A stretch of DNA of 64,000 nt from Octopus sinensis. Its lineage: Eukaryota. The position numbers and the translations under genes are program-made. Location of the stretch: the NCBI RefSeq assembly GCF_006345805.1, contig NC_043002.1, forward strand, positions 61,442,001 to 61,506,000, given 5' to 3'. Under the pieces are notes generated by a model. That model saw only the letters and a program-made list of their open reading frames with translations, searched no databases and was not told the DNA's origin. Below, piece by piece: positions 1 through 13,640 of this stretch; positions within the stretch are counted from its first letter, which is position 1, and the number at the start of each line of letters is the position of its first letter.

Positions 1-175
1 GTCAAATGGCTGAAACAAGAAAAAGAGTAAAGAGAGAGAATAATAATAATAGCAATAATAATAACAGTGATGATAATAATATTATATGAATAGTAGAAGT
101 ACTAATAGTAGCCATAGTATTAGTAGTAGTAGTAGTAGTAGTAGCAGTATCAGCAGGAGCAGTAGTAGTAATATA
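1..175 (+). repeat. SINE 3' tail followed by (TAA)/(TAG)n simple repeats
   Basis: GTCAAATGGCTGAAACAAG matches the tail of the SINE copies at 16069-16107 (opposite strand); followed by imperfect TAA and TAG triplet tracts. Confidence 0.6.
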
Positions 176-318
176 GATGGCCATATCGGGGTAATCGCAT
201 TGTGAATATAAGATTTATGTTACATGCGAAAATTACTCTGCGGATTTAATAACTAATACATTTAAACAATGGATGCATGAATATATTTTGATACATACGT
301 ACACATATATACCTCACC

Positions 319-394
<76 letters not shown>

Positions 395-396
<2 letters not shown>

Positions 397-1480
397 GTTG
401 GGGTGAATATAATTTCGTTGAAATCATGCAAAACTGAAAATAACACTGACATTTCAAAAGTATCTTGAAATACTAAAGATTAAATTTATTTAATAAAGTC
501 ACCATTCAATCACGATCTCCAGACGACTTCGGAATCTCCTGCAACTCTTCTGAACAGTCGCGCCGCGCACAATAACAAAGGAGGTGGTAGTCTCGGGAGT
601 TAGGTGGTCAGATATGATGTGTCGCAGAAATTGTCTAACAGCCAATGACTGATTTCTCCTGCTTTTGTGGTGTGGTGCAGATTCCTGCGTCTTTCTGTTG
701 TCATCCTCTTGACCCAATGCATTCCTACCTTCTCTAGGCACTTAACGTAGTCCTATCTGTGTTGAGTCTGAGGCCGTGTGGGAATGTGATTGGAGGTGTA
801 ATGTCGCCATCACTAGTGATCAGTCCAAACACCATGATGTGGATTGAATTTTTCATTTTTATTATTCTCAGTACATGTTTTGGGGACGCGACAAGCGAAA
901 GGTTCAGTTCTATATTTAAGAGATGAGGAATTATGTACATTATTTACATTATTTATATAGACCGTGACAGGAATTTCTTGTCGTCTGGGAAAAAAACAAA
1001 GCATGTTCGGTTGGAGGAGATATTTGTGTTTCTTCAAAAGCTTGGTAGCGCGGTCTTTACATTAGTTGTTGATGGCTTGGAATGTAAATTAGACTTTTCC
1101 CTTCTTGTATGAGAAATACGTCATGCACTACTTACCTGATAAGACACACCTATAGACCTGATTGATTTGGAGGGATCATTGGCAATCAAGGCCTGGATAT
1201 CACCAACATATTCAGGAATTGTTTTCTTATCAAAACGATCAGAGTGAGTTTTCCGAGCTGCCGTACCTTCGTAATCACCATTAGACTCACCCAGCTCTTT
1301 CTGAATCCTCTGCACTCTGAAATGTTCGTAGTGTCGCGTGAATGCCAAGCAGCAAAGTATGTCGTTTCCAAATCTCTGGCAGAGTGATTTGCGTCATGGT
1401 GCTATTTTTCTCACAAACGGTGCCCAGCTGACCCTACCACACTGTGTACTGAACAAAATCAAATGAAAACAATGGGCTTT
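395..1480 (-). mobile_element. Tc1/mariner superfamily (maT/DD37D-like) transposon remnant, frameshifted
   Basis: Minus-strand peptides IQALIANDPSKSIRSI (HTH), HIMVFGLITSDGDITPPITFPHGLRLN and QESAPHHKSRRNQ resemble maT transposase motifs (VMVFGVVxSDGDVMPP, QQDSAPxH); left end abuts TA repeats. Confidence 0.75.
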
Positions 1481-1606
1481 CACGAAATTAAGACTATAAA
1501 ATGGTGACAATTTAAATATCGCACGCCATGTTTATAGGAAACAAACAATCAAAGGAAGAACAAATAAAAATTAAAATGTTACCAAAGTGTTACACACATA
1601 AATAAT

Positions 1607-2668
1607 TTAGTTCAGTTTTTCTAGATTAGGGAGTTCAATACCAGGTTGACGGTCCTTTATGTAAAGTATTTTTCTGTTAGTTGTCTTCTTACAACATATT
1701 TGCTTCAAGTTTTCGCGGAACATTTTACTGGCAACGAAATACAAAATAAAGTTCAAACTGTTATTAGCACAAGCTAACGTATCCAATGATAAGTAAGTCA
1801 CAGAATCCATGCATCCATTTAGTGTCATTATGAAGTAGTAAATTGACACAGGGTATGTCGTCAACAAAAATATAATATTTATAGTAAAAACTATATAAAT
1901 GCTGTTCCTCAACCGTGCTGCAGAGTTGTGCTGTAAATTTTGGCCAAGGTTTGGTCGTTTAAGTAATTTGTAAGTCATAATGATAGAGCTGATAATTAAA
2001 AAAACTGCTGGTATAAACGAATAGATTGCAACTGAAACAAGAAAAATATGTTTGTTGTCTTTTAGTAATACTATAATCGTTGCATAAATTATGCAACCGC
2101 AACAGAGAAGTGTCAACATTACAATATACGGAATGTGGGGCTTAGGGGAAATACGGCGAGAAAACGGGCTGTAAACTGCCAAGAGGCGTTCCATTGATAT
2201 AATGACTGTTAACCAGGATGAATATATATTTATAATAAAAACGATGTAAGTGAAATATATATTGGTCACAAATATTTTTATCTGATCAAAAAATTTCATA
2301 GAATGTATTATAATTCTTGGATAATTTCCCCATACTGCAAGTAAATCTACAACAAGCAGGCAAAAGAGGTATGGTGTAATATTCGACCGAGGTATTTCTT
2401 TCCTGCATAATAATCCAATAACTGCTATATTCCCGATAGTTCCAAAAATCATTAACATTAAAGAAACATATCCTATAGTGTTATTTAAAACGAATGGTGC
2501 ATAATCCAATAAGGAGCTACAGTTTGTCGTGTTGTATATGTTGCTAAATTCGTTATCAGTAAAATTTGTAAGTTTCCATTCCTTAATTTCAAAATCAACA
2601 GTTTCTGAAATATTATATTTCTTTTCTGCCATTGAAAATGTTCTATGAGAGCAGTAGTTTTCAGTCAT
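1607..2668 (-). CDS. Intronless class A GPCR, copy 1 (353 aa; FMRFamide/sex-peptide-receptor-like orphan group)
   Basis: Seven hydrophobic segments; TM1 GTIGN, TM2 LLVVDLL, TM3 SSWLTVIISMERLLAV, TM5 YSFIP, TM6 FLLTTYP, TM7 NNSLNFILY, helix 8 FRENLKQICC; several N-terminal N-glycosylation sequons. The start could be M1 or M13. Confidence 0.93.
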   Translation of the reverse strand: MTENYCSHRTFSMAEKKYNISETVDFEIKEWKLTNFTDNEFSNIYNTTNCSSLLDYAPFVLNNTIGYVSLMLMIFGTIGNIAVIGLLCRKEIPRSNITPYLFCLLVVDLLAVWGNYPRIIIHSMKFFDQIKIFVTNIYFTYIVFIINIYSSWLTVIISMERLLAVYSPFSRRISPKPHIPYIVMLTLLCCGCIIYATIIVLLKDNKHIFLVSVAIYSFIPAVFLIISSIIMTYKLLKRPNLGQNLQHNSAARLRNSIYIVFTINIIFLLTTYPVSIYYFIMTLNGCMDSVTYLSLDTLACANNSLNFILYFVASKMFRENLKQICCKKTTNRKILYIKDRQPGIELPNLEKLN

Positions 2669-3558
2669 TTGACAACTTGTAACACCGAAAGTACATTAAT
2701 GAAAACACCCAGCAATGCCTGGCCTTATCAATCTGCTCACTACTGTGACTGCTGCTTCTCGCCAGCATGATGGCGATGATGACGATGATGGCGATTATCT
2801 CGTTACTAATAAGACACTTTCCAATAAAACAAATAATGAATCGATTAATACTGATTTGTATTTCATTTACTCCAATATATGTTAGATATTTTCATTGGCT
2901 AGGCACTTGTAAAATAACGGATTTACACAGAAAAAATAAATGGAAGGACTGCACGGGTAATATACAAAAATTTCTGAATCCATTACGTTGGGTATATGAA
3001 ATATTTCATAAACCTATTTTGCTGCTACTATCGACGATGCTGTTCTCGTATTTGTAAATACTACAGCTGCTGCAACAGCTGTTATTGTTGTCTTTTATAA
3101 CCAGGCTCCAAGTCGGTCTTTGTCAATTATAATTATTCTACACACAAATACAGAGATTGTCGTGCTGATATATACTTATTGTAATACAACACTGTATCTA
3201 CCGTTTTTACCCGTACATTAATAAATAGCTTTAGTGAATATTAGCTGGAATATAAACCAGGTCGTATGACTTGCGTAAATACTTCCTATTGATTTATGGA
3301 CGTCATTTAATGACAATAGTAATACTGCACCGCCACCTACTGTTTGATATAATTTCTAACGAATGATACATCCCAAATTACTTTCATTAGTGAGTGGTAG
3401 TCATCATGTGATTTACGACAAACACTCGTAGATCCTATTATGTAGAAGCAAATCTCTAAAAAACTTAATAAGATGTTGATAGCTTTAGACAGAGATTTGG
3501 GAAGTGTATCTTTTATTAATATAAATCCTTAAATCCCTTAAAAATCTTTTTAAATGTT

Positions 3559-3592
3559 TTAGCCCGAAGGCCGCGGCCATGCTGGGGCACCA
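3559..3592 (-). mobile_element. SINE/LINE 3' tail fragment
   Basis: TTTTAGCCCGAAGGCCGCGGCCATGCTGGGGCACCAC contains the shared tail motif GGTGCCCCAGCATGGCC on the minus strand. Confidence 0.65.
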
Positions 3593-3764
3593 CTATAGTT
3601 CATAGTATTTTACATTTTATGATATGATACTCATTGACGGAATAAAATATACTAATAAACGCATTCCTTGTCATTAGTTTTGACTCTAAGGCAGAGTAAT
3701 TAGAAAACCGAACGAATTGCTGCAAAGCATTTCCTCCGTATTTTCGAAAAGAGTTCAAATAGGT

Positions 3765-3890
3765 CGACTTTGGCCATCATTCTTTCGGGATCGATAAAAT
3801 AACAGTCAAGTACTGGAATCGGTGTAATCAACTTCCCCTGCCCCTCAAAATGTGCTGCCCCGGTGCCAAATTTTGAAACCATCACCAGTT
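3765..3890 (+). mobile_element. tRNA-derived SINE body (family A)
   Basis: GTCGACTTTG...TTTCGGG.TCGATAAAATAA core, recurring at 11970, 19070, 19290, 24095 and 62480. Confidence 0.7.
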
Positions 3891-3907
3891 TCACTCCTTA
3901 AATGTAC

Positions 3908-4060
3908 AATATAATCTTATTCATAAATGGCAATTTCTGTCTGTCGATCTGTCTGTTAGCATCTCACTGCCTACACCAGTGAACCAATCGTGACGAAATT
4001 TTGCCTATATTTTAAACTAACGTCCAGTTCAATTATAGGCTAAATGAATTTCAATAAACC
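3908..4060 (+). mobile_element. Possible non-autonomous Helitron-like 5' end
   Basis: ATAAATGGCAATTTCTGTCTGTC...CCAGTGAACCAATCGTGACGAAATTTTG resembles Lep1-like Helitron 5' regions (ATAAATGCGAAAGTTTGT...GAACCGATTT..ATGAAATTTGG); recognised from memory only. Confidence 0.4.
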
Positions 4061-4575
4061 CCAGTAATGGGCCTTCTGGGAGTTGTTGTTGGCATCCTTT
4101 TGTCTCCGGTAACAATGGAATTGCGCATAAACTAATCCAGTCCGGTTTCTACATTTCATGTCCTATCCAGTTTGGGGCAGGCCTGGGCTAGATGTAAGAA
4201 AATTCTGGCTAGCCCAATCGTCAGGATTCCTCTCTCGACCTTGCTGACATAGTCCAAAGGAGTGCAAAGCATTACGTTTGGCACCAGCTTGGTTGCAGGA
4301 GCTGCCGGAAGAGTGTCGAGTCGAACACTAAACAGCCTACGGGGCTCTCCACTCCGGATTTGAAGGTTGTCTCTTTTCCGTAAGCCTGGATAGGGGCCCA
4401 TACCGGGTACTGTCAGCCGGAGCCAGCTCAACCCGGAACACGTGTCAGGTAGGATCGTCACTCCCTGAAGTAGTGTGCTGGGATTAGAGTGCTATTACTT
4501 GATAGAATGAAAAGGGTGCAAGATGGTTAGTATGAGGGAAATGTGATGGCATAGTGAGTGTGGGTGATACCAGGG

Positions 4576-4836
4576 AAGGCGAGAACAGAGTTGTGTAAGA
4601 GACAAATATGGAGTGGTAATGGGTTGCTAACGGTAATACAACTATCATTCAAGGATATACAAGCGATGCTACGTACATATTTTCGTAAATACATAGATAC
4701 AAACAAACACACTGCATGCTCACATGCACATACACATTAACTAACTTTTGAAACGCCGAGGATGGGAGTTAAAGGCAGATGTAAGAAATGCATAGCTTTA
4801 GGAAGATGGAGTAGGTGACGTTTCTGCTGTCCATTA
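4576..4836 (+). repeat. Direct repeat copy 1 (about 250 bp)
   Basis: Aligns with 6091-6315 from AAGGCGAGAACAGAGTTGTGTAAGAGACAAATATGGAGTG to CTGCTGTCCATTA. Confidence 0.85.
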
Positions 4837-5038
4837 CAAAGAAACACTCACACAGACACACGTACATATATGTATGTACATACACACATACATGTATTTG
4901 TCTACTATACACCATTTTAAACACATAATTACGTGCGTATACTTTTGTAGTGTGTGCATATGTTTGTGTGTGTGTGTGTGTTTGAGAGAGAGAGAGAGAG
5001 AGTGAGAGGGGGAGAGAGAAGGGGGAGAGGGGGAGAGG

Positions 5039-5069
<31 letters not shown>

Positions 5070-6090
5070 CGAGCGAGAGAGAGAGAGAGAGAATCTTTAA
5101 TCTGTCTGTGCTTCTAATTTTGTAGGGTCTTCCCTGTTGCTGGCACATATTGTGAAAGTTTAAGATTGCGTCAAGTTTTCAAATTTGGTATATTGAAATA
5201 ATTTTCCACGTTAAATCCGAGTTTGTTAAATATTTGTTCCAGAAAAAAATACAAAAAAGATGTTACTGAGGTTTAAATTCTAATTAATCTTACCTATTCA
5301 GACAACTTGATCTGGAAGCTGGTATTTTCTGTATGATAGCTGCCTGTCACAAAATGAGTTCAAAATCAGTACGAGGAGGAATTTTTATTAAGCAAAGTAT
5401 TACGATGTCAAATTGATAAGAACTTCTGAAGATTTAATAAGTTTTAATGAATTAAGTTATGTGACATGATCGAAAAAAACATTTAAATAACTTAAAAAGG
5501 GAAAAATATCTTCAACGAAGATTTTTTGAGAAGCATTGCACTAATCAGTCTTGAATAAGATCTCTATCTGCCGAAGAAGGCATGGTCTGGCATGAAATAA
5601 ACAAAAATTTATATAAGACTTTCTTCTGTAAAAATGTTCCCGGCAACGACGGGATATTCAACTAGTTTCTACCATAGTATACAGAAAAAAAAAATCAAGC
5701 GAACGATGAAATTCTCAACACCAGCTTTTGAAAATTATTTGCAATATATATTACGAATCGCGTGACAGATTATATATTACTTGCAGAAATGTTCTACAAT
5801 TATTGAAGTTTTTACTAATCCTGTTTGTATTCATTTTAAAGAAGAGGCAAAGATTTGCGATAAAAGGGAGAAAAATTCAAGTCCGTTTACTACAGATGAT
5901 TTCCAAACATATTTTTTCAAGAAGAATTGCAGGAATCGTGTTATGAACTACAAAGTTTTGAACAGTGTTTCATGTATAAGAAAGTGTACAGTGAGAATTA
6001 TTGAAGTAAGAGCACTTCAAGATGAGAGGAATAAATACCGAACAAAGCAATACGAGAAAATAGTGCATTGTATTTTCTTACAGCATAGGT

Positions 6091-6315
6091 AAGGCGAGAA
6101 CAGAGTTGTGTAAGAGACAAATATGGAGTGATAATGGTTGCTAAAGGTAATACAACTGTCATTCAAGGATATACATTCGATTCTGCATGCATATTTTCGT
6201 AAATACATAGATACATACACAGATATGAGAAATACATAGATACATACTTACACAGATGTGAGAAATACGTAGCTTTAGGGAGAGAGGGAATAGGTGACGC
6301 TTCTGCTGTCCATTA
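6091..6315 (+). repeat. Direct repeat copy 2
   Basis: Aligns with 4576-4836. Confidence 0.85.
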
Positions 6316-7139
6316 GAAAGGTGTTACTAGTAGCATGCTGGAGCAACTTGTAGCACCTTTAATTATATTATCTGCCGATATGCGACTAGATATTATCATA
6401 AACAATGCTATCATTGTAGTAAAGATTGTTTGCCAACATAACATGACAGACCTGGTTTAGGCCTAATCTGGCTGGCTATACGACACGATTGTGTCCTGAT
6501 ATTTTCGAACAAGGGAAAGTAGCACCCCCGTTCAGCTCAAAACAATATCTATGTATCGCGATTTCTGGGTTATTTCTATTCATCAGCAGAGAATAATTGT
6601 TCGGCTAGAGGTGGCGCTGGCAAATTCCCGTTCGCAACATGTAGTGTTCAAAGTGACATCTAGTCACTGATGTATAAATTAGAAAATCTCACTTTGTGAG
6701 ATTTAAAAATAGTAATTTTCTAATAATATCCTTATATGTATATGAGAATTTGTGTGTGTGTGTGCGTGTATATGTGTGTGTGCGTGTGTGTGTGTGTATG
6801 TGTGTGTGTGTGTGTGTGTGTGCGTCTGTGTGTGCCTGTGCATTGAAAAAGAGGGAGAAAGAGTATATGTGTACGACCTTTGATGTAAATACATCGCTTT
6901 AACCTCTCTATTTTAGATTTCAATATGATTATGATGACATAGGAAATTTGTCTTTCTTTATAAGATGTTCTCTCAAAATAGCGATGCGTCATACATACAG
7001 GGCGCGGACGATGTTTATCCCAAACTTTCAATTGCTAATTTTATGCATATTTTTTTTTTACTTTCGTTTTCTGTTTTTAACATTTTTTAAAACAAAAATC
7101 ATTTTTGGTGTATTTTGGGGGGATTCCCGAGGAGACGAC

Positions 7140-7640
7140 ATTCAAGGAAATTTCAGACTTCAACAACCTCAGCAGAAGGACGGTAGAAAAGGTCAGAAAG
7201 GAGCTGGAAGATTAAGGATTCGACTACGAGGCGACAATGAAGGGGAAAACTCATGATCGACAATCTGATGCCATCAAGATGCCGGAAATCGTCGCTGAAA
7301 TACAGGAGATCATAAACAATAATTCCAGCAAGTAGATGAGTGTGGTTGAAAAGCTCACGTGGCTGGTGGTGCATGCGGACATTCGCTACTTTTCATGCAC
7401 GATAGGGAAAAGATTTCTGTGTAAGGCGTTACAGGAAAATCGATTCATGGACACAAAGAAGATGATCATCAATTTGAAACACCCGCAGGAACCGAACATG
7501 CTGTGGCTTGTTGTCTCTTTCAAGGACGTACCCAGAGACATGCAGATGAAATTTCCAACAAAAGTCTTTGTCTTCGGTGTCGTCATCCGTCAAGATGGTG
7601 TCTTGTCACTGCACACACATGCAAAAGACTTATCTCTATA
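7140..7640 (+). mobile_element. maT/DD37D-like transposase remnant
   Basis: Peptide ADIRYFS...KKMIINLKHPQEPNMLW...KDVPRDMQMKFPTKVFVFGVV matches maT transposase (LKHPxEPNMLWFFSDE, TKFPAxVMVFGVV). Confidence 0.75.
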
Positions 7641-8342
7641 GGAACAAAGGTTTCTGCATAGGTCTAAATGCTCGATGCTCTGTTTAATGCCAAGGAAGTT
7701 ACACCACCGAAACCTTGTGTCTGTTGAGTAGCCAACTGTCGTGACATTGCGATTGGTGTGCATTTTACAAACAAAAGAAATAAGAGAAAATTATACTTAG
7801 ATACAAAACAATGCAGCGAATGCAATTTAAATTCTTGGATGCAGATATGTTTTTAAAATAACTATAAGCGCAATTGATATTGTTTAGAATGAATACATAC
7901 AAACATGCACTTACTGAACTGAACAGTTTGGTTCAATGTACAAGTCTAGAAAATTCACCCCCTATAGGTAATAACCCCACTGAAACAATTACCGCTGAAG
8001 AAAACATATGATGATTTAAAAGTTCTTAATATTTTAGAGTGGGGGTAATTTACTAGGAGGTAGTTGTCATCGTGGGGAATTGTCCTAAGAGGAAGTGGTA
8101 ACTGTCCTCGCGGGGTAATTGTCCTGATACGCAAAGTACTAACTGAGGTTCAGATACTTGACTAACGTAAAAGGTTAAACTTTATGAATGGAATGGCAAT
8201 GAAAGCAATTATAGTGATAAAGAATAGAAACATGATACAAATGAAGTTAGTATGCTTTATAAAAAATTATTATCAACACCATAAATACCAAGTTTATCAT
8301 TTAGTAGAGAGATAGGTATATCTTATACTTATGATTAATACT

Positions 8343-8720
8343 TGCCAAGTGGTTAGTGCAGCGGACTCGCGGTTTCAATTCCCAGACCGTGCATTGTGAG
8401 TGTTGAGTGAGCGAAAACATCTGAAATACCGGCAGGTGTGGTGGTGAACTCTTTTACCACAACTTTCTCTCTCTCTCTCTCTTTCTGTTTCTGTTGTACC
8501 TGTATTTTCAAAGGGCCAGCCTTGTCACACTCTGTGTCACGCTGAATCTCCCCGAGAACTACGTTAAGGGTACACGTGTCTGTGGAGTGCTCAGCAGCTT
8601 GCGCGTTAATAAATGAGGTGCGACGTCACTGGTGCCACGATGAATCGGCCTTTGTCGTTCCCTTGGATAACATCGCTGGCGTGGAGAGAGGAGACTGGTA
8701 TGTTAACTGAAGATGAATAC
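8343..8720 (+). mobile_element. tRNA-derived SINE (family B)
   Basis: Head GCCAAGTGGTTAGTGCAGCGGACTCGCGG...TTCAATTCCCAGAC (A/B-box-like); body GTCACGCTGAATCTCCCCGAGAACTACGTTAAG is shared with 15620-15968. Confidence 0.7.
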
Positions 8721-11700
8721 CTGCCTTACTGCTCCCCTTCAGGTCGCAGATATTTTGCTGTAACTCTTTTTCTACTGAACCAAATCTCAAATTATTTGTG
8801 CCAAAGTAGTAACTGGGGATGCGTCCTCTTTAAAACGGTTAACAGTTTGCAATTTAGTTGGGAACTGAATAGTAGTGAAGCTTGGAAGCTGCTGCGATTG
8901 ACGAAATGGTGTTCTTAAGAATATATTTAACCACTACCGTGGTTGAATTATATCTAAAAGAAATGCTTGCACAATTAACTGACTTCACCCACCGTTTACC
9001 ATGGAAAACTTTATTAACGAAATTCGCATCCGTTTTTCATTCTCTTTTTTTTTCGCTTTTTCTCTTGTTAATATTCCTCCGATAAACTCTAAATTATTCA
9101 CACGATGTTTGTTACATGGAACGAGATAAACGAAAATTTACCTAAAAAATAACAAAGGGAAACAGCTATCAATGTTATTTTAATTATAATTAAATTAAGA
9201 CCATTTATGACAAATGTACAATTTCAAACTGTTAATTTTGCACATTTTCTTTCTTATCTGTATGTATACCTGTGTGTGTTTGTGTGTTTCGCTGTGTCAT
9301 AAATGTACATATAATGTCTACCTTGGATGAATATAAACTGCTACTGAACAAGCTACATATGCATAATTGCTACATTAGGACACTTATTAAAAACATAATT
9401 TATGACGTCTTCATTATATTCATTATGTGGTGTATGATATCCAAACCGAACGAGTGAAGTACCGTGTAATTGCTGATCATTAAGAATTCTGAACCTTCCC
9501 TATCATTCGATGTGTTTAACCAGACCTGAATTGTATCAGATTGCTAATAATTTCCGTCCTGGAGTGATTCCAAATTCATATATATATATGGGGGGGGGGG
9601 CGTGTGTGTGTGTGTGTGTAATATAAATCCCGTTCTGTGTATATGTGTCTATGTTTGAAAGAGTATAACGGCTGCATTTTGCAACTGATTTTCTCCAAAC
9701 TGGGACCATATATTACTTAAGTTCCAGAGATGGTTTCAAACTTTTACAAGTTTCCACATAATGAGTAGTGGGCACCTAGGGACAGAAAATACCCGTTCAT
9801 GGGTTACGTAGATAGAGGAGGTAACTCTTTGCAAAGTAACTTTCAGAATTTCATTGTCTCCCTTACATCCATTGTTCAAAGACTTATCACAATCTCATCT
9901 GATGTATAAAATAGAGATGATGTGTGTCTATCCACTTTTCACGCGTATTTCTCTCTCCCTATATCTCTCTATCTATATCTCTCTGTTCATCTCTATTCTA
10001 TATTTATCTATCTCTCTGTATCTATTTGTATATATCTTATGTAGAAATCTCTATCTTATTTACCAATCTATATCTATCATATTTGTCTAACTAGATAGCT
10101 CTCTGTCTCTCCCTTTCTCTACATCTCACTCACTTTCTATTATTTCAGTTTCATTTTTCAGACGCTATTGTCTTCACTTTATTTTGTACTTGCTTTTTAC
10201 ACAAAACATCGATATATTACTGACAGAAAAATGTTCATAATTACTGACGAAAGTAATTTCATAAATAAGTTACTGACAGAATTAACTACCCCTGCAATCC
10301 GTACACTTCATTCCGTATAGTCAATAAATTCCACTTCAATCTGTTCACTTCGTTAAATTTGCCTACAAATTTCTTATTTACTGTTGCACCGTTTCGTGAT
10401 TTTTTTTTTTTTTTTTGGTGTTGACAGAATTACTGATGAAATAAATTCATAATTTACTGACAGAAGTAACTTAAAAAGTTGCACTTAAATCCGTACGCTT
10501 AGTTAATTTCACTAAACATTTCTCATTTGCTTTTGCAACAGTTTTGTCTTTGCCTGTTGTTAATGGCTTCTTTCTGGTTCCTTCGAATTTCACTTCAACC
10601 CGTACAATTCTTTATTTTCCGTTGAAATTTCTTATTTACTTTCTGCCCGTCGAATGAAGAAATATAATTTCCGTTATCCAGTTATTTTCATTATTTACTA
10701 TATTCTGCACCCACGTATTCCTCTATACTTATAGAACCATGTCTAGATATCTACAATGTCAAGGTCAGCCAAAAGAATATCTCTGTCAAATGAAAGAGAG
10801 ACAGCTGCAGAAAAGGAAGCATACCAAAAAATATGTATCAATATGTATCAATATGTATCAAATACCTTATGATACACGTGACCCGTTACCAATTGGGCGT
10901 TTAGGTAAATCCATAAACAAAGGTAAAGGATAGTACAAACGTCGCTAGAAATAGGAATAAAAAACGACTGAAAATGCAACGAAGGAACTACCTTATGAGA
11001 TGACAAATGATAGATGCACTAACAAATACAATGATATTTTGTTTTCAAATTTCCATTCTTGATATCAAATGGATGATGAATATATTTACCTTTCATTAGT
11101 GTTAATTTTCGTCACTTCAAACCCTGTCTTGTCACAAAACCTTCATGTCTACAAGCAGCATTTAGAAATAACAAAGTTGACTTCAAAATTATCCATACTC
11201 GAGTCGTAGGACACATAACAAATGTTACCCAGCTTCCCTGGCACAAAACTAGCATAGAATACATCGTTTCCACAGAATGGGATGTCAAGCATTTTTCAGG
11301 GTTCAAAAACCAGCATTTCTGAGGGGATACGGCAAACAGATTACATCAACTCCACTACTAGATTAATACGCTAGGTAATCGACCCACGAAGGGACGAAAC
11401 ACAAAAATGAATTTTGGTGGGATCGGAAAAAATATTTGTCCCACATGCTAAAGTCTGTTGCCATTTGGCCGCCTTCAAACTTACTGATGTATAATAATTT
11501 TAATGAGAATCAGAAAACCACTTGTCGTAATTATAAAGACAGTGACGAGGATTATCAAAAACATAATTAAAATATTAATTAAAATATATTTATTATCAGA
11601 AATGAATTAAACGCTCTTATTTTTATAATAGCTTTCAGATTGTGCCACTAGTTTGGATTCCGTTAAAACCGGTTTCAATTAGAGCTTAATCGGTTTCAAA

Positions 11701-11769
11701 TAGAGTAGTAAATATCGGTTTCAAATTGTTGTACAATGAGAACGAATTAATCGCTTGCATTAATCCTCG

Positions 11770-12100
11770 AGTTGAAATGGTACTCATTTTATCGACCCCG
11801 AAACGATCAAAGGAAAAGTCTACTTTAGTGGAATTTGAACTCAGAACGGAAAGAGGGACGATATGCCGGTAGTATTGGAAGAAATTCAAGAGTGGTGAGT
11901 TGGCAGAATTCTAAGACAAAATGCGTGGCAGCACTTCATCCATCTTTAAGTTCTCAGTTCAAATCCTGCCACGGTCGACTTTGCCCTTAAGCTTTTCGGG
12001 GTCGATAAAATAAGTACCGGTTGAACACTGATGCCGATGGAATCGACTGGTTTCCCACCCCATAAAATTGCAGACCATGTGCTAAAAATTTAAACCAATA
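11770..12100. mobile_element. Two family A SINEs, back to back
   Basis: Minus copy about 11770-11890 and plus copy about 11895-12100, both with the GTCGATAAAAT(A/G)AGTACC core. Confidence 0.7.
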
Positions 12101-12821
12101 TTAGAAGAAAGCAGTTGTTCTTTAAGACTCGTCTTCACAAAGGTCTTCAAATCCATATTGGGAAGCAGCATATACCCAGTTGTTAGTGCTACATCTTCAT
12201 TTTATCAATATATATGAGGTTTATTACATATAATAATGTTTATTTTAGATTCTGAAGTACATGCTGCAGATAATGTTATTTACGAGATTCGGTAATTTGT
12301 TTTATTGTGCAGTAATTAAATACATTTTCATCAATAGAAATCATGGATTGATAGGTATACCTCAAACTGTTCTACTCTGCGTACTAAAATGGGCTTTTCT
12401 AGGTTTGATATCAATGACAATAAACTAATAAATATTCTTGTCTATTATTTATGTACATCGTGGGCGGAAAATCCATTAAAATAATACCCGCCACACCCAA
12501 ATTTAACGATGTATTTACACGGGTTAAAAGCATGTAGCTAATAGACAGATACACATAATTAAATGTAATATTGTATGTTTCTATATGTACATTGTATGTC
12601 CGATATTAATGCAATAAGGTTAAAAAGGAATTTTACCTGAAAATGAAGTCATTTTATGGAAAGAGTATATGAAGAATATTTTGATGTATTTAGAAATATG
12701 AACAAATAAATTTCCCAAACATGTGCCTGACTTACTTCGCTTGTCTGTCTGTCTGACTGTCTGTCTGACTGTATGTCTGTCTCTCTCTCTCTATATATAT
12801 TTCTTTGTTTTTCTTTTATTT

Positions 12822-13030
12822 GTTTCACTCATTTGACTGCGACCATGCTACAGCACCGCCTTTAGTGGAGCAAATAGACCCGAGGACTTAATCCTGGTAA
12901 GCCTAGTACTTATTCTATCGATCTCTCTTGCCGAACCGCTAAGTGACGGGGACGCAAATACACCAGCATCGGTTGTCAAGTGATGATGGGGGGAAAAACA
13001 CAGACACACAAACACACAAACGTGCGCGCG
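12822..13030 (-). mobile_element. SINE 3' half with LINE-like tail
   Basis: GTTTCACTCATTTGACTGCGACCATGCTACAGCACCGCCTTTAGT...GTTGTCAAG; same family as 16045-16482. Confidence 0.75.
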
Positions 13031-13157
13031 CGCACACACACACACATATATATAAATATACGACGGGATTCTTATGGGCGTGTATATATATATATATATA
13101 TATATACACACGCACACACTATGTACATGTATATATGGGTATGTGTATGTATATAGG

Positions 13158-13190
<33 letters not shown>

Positions 13191-13214
13191 CTGTGTGTGT
13201 AATGGTGAGTAAGA

Positions 13215-13640
13215 TTGTGTATGTTGTCATGGAGATACCTGCTCTGAAGCCGACGTAAAGTTGCAGAACGAGTATGGAGAGTGGTGTATGAACCTCACAA
13301 CAATGTACGAGTGTTTTAGACGTTTACAGGATGGCCTCAAAGATGTCGATAGTGAAGGACATTTTGGGAGACCTGAAACCAGCAGAACTTGAGGATAACA
13401 TTGTAGATGTGCGTGCCGCTGTTAGACAAAACCGCCGAATCACCATCCGTGAGCTATCAGATGAGGTGCACATTAGTTACGGTTCAGTTCAGTCCGCTAT
13501 CACTGTAGATTTGGGTATGAGACGCATAACTGCCAAGTTTCTGCGAAAACTGCTTTCGGCTGACTAAAGAGACAATTGAGTTTCAGTAGGACAACATCTC
13601 TTCGATTACATCAAGAATGATAAAATCTTGTTTGAAAACT
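13215..13640 (+). mobile_element. mariner (DD34D-type) transposase N-terminal remnant
   Basis: YECFRRLQDGLKDVD..GRP and VRAAVRQNRRITIRELSDEVHISYGSVQSAITVDLGMRRITAKFLRKLLS are the classic mariner HTH2 and linker. Confidence 0.8.

Noticed and set aside
4080-4560. GC-richer island with a 101-aa minus-strand ORF
   Set aside because: No recognisable domain; probably a LINE 5'UTR fragment, but the family could not be assigned.
10170-10700. Dispersed TTACTGACAGAA and CCGTACA motifs that might suggest an array
   Set aside because: Spacing is irregular and the motifs are degenerate; likely subterminal repeats of a decayed DNA element. Not CRISPR-like, and the context is eukaryotic.
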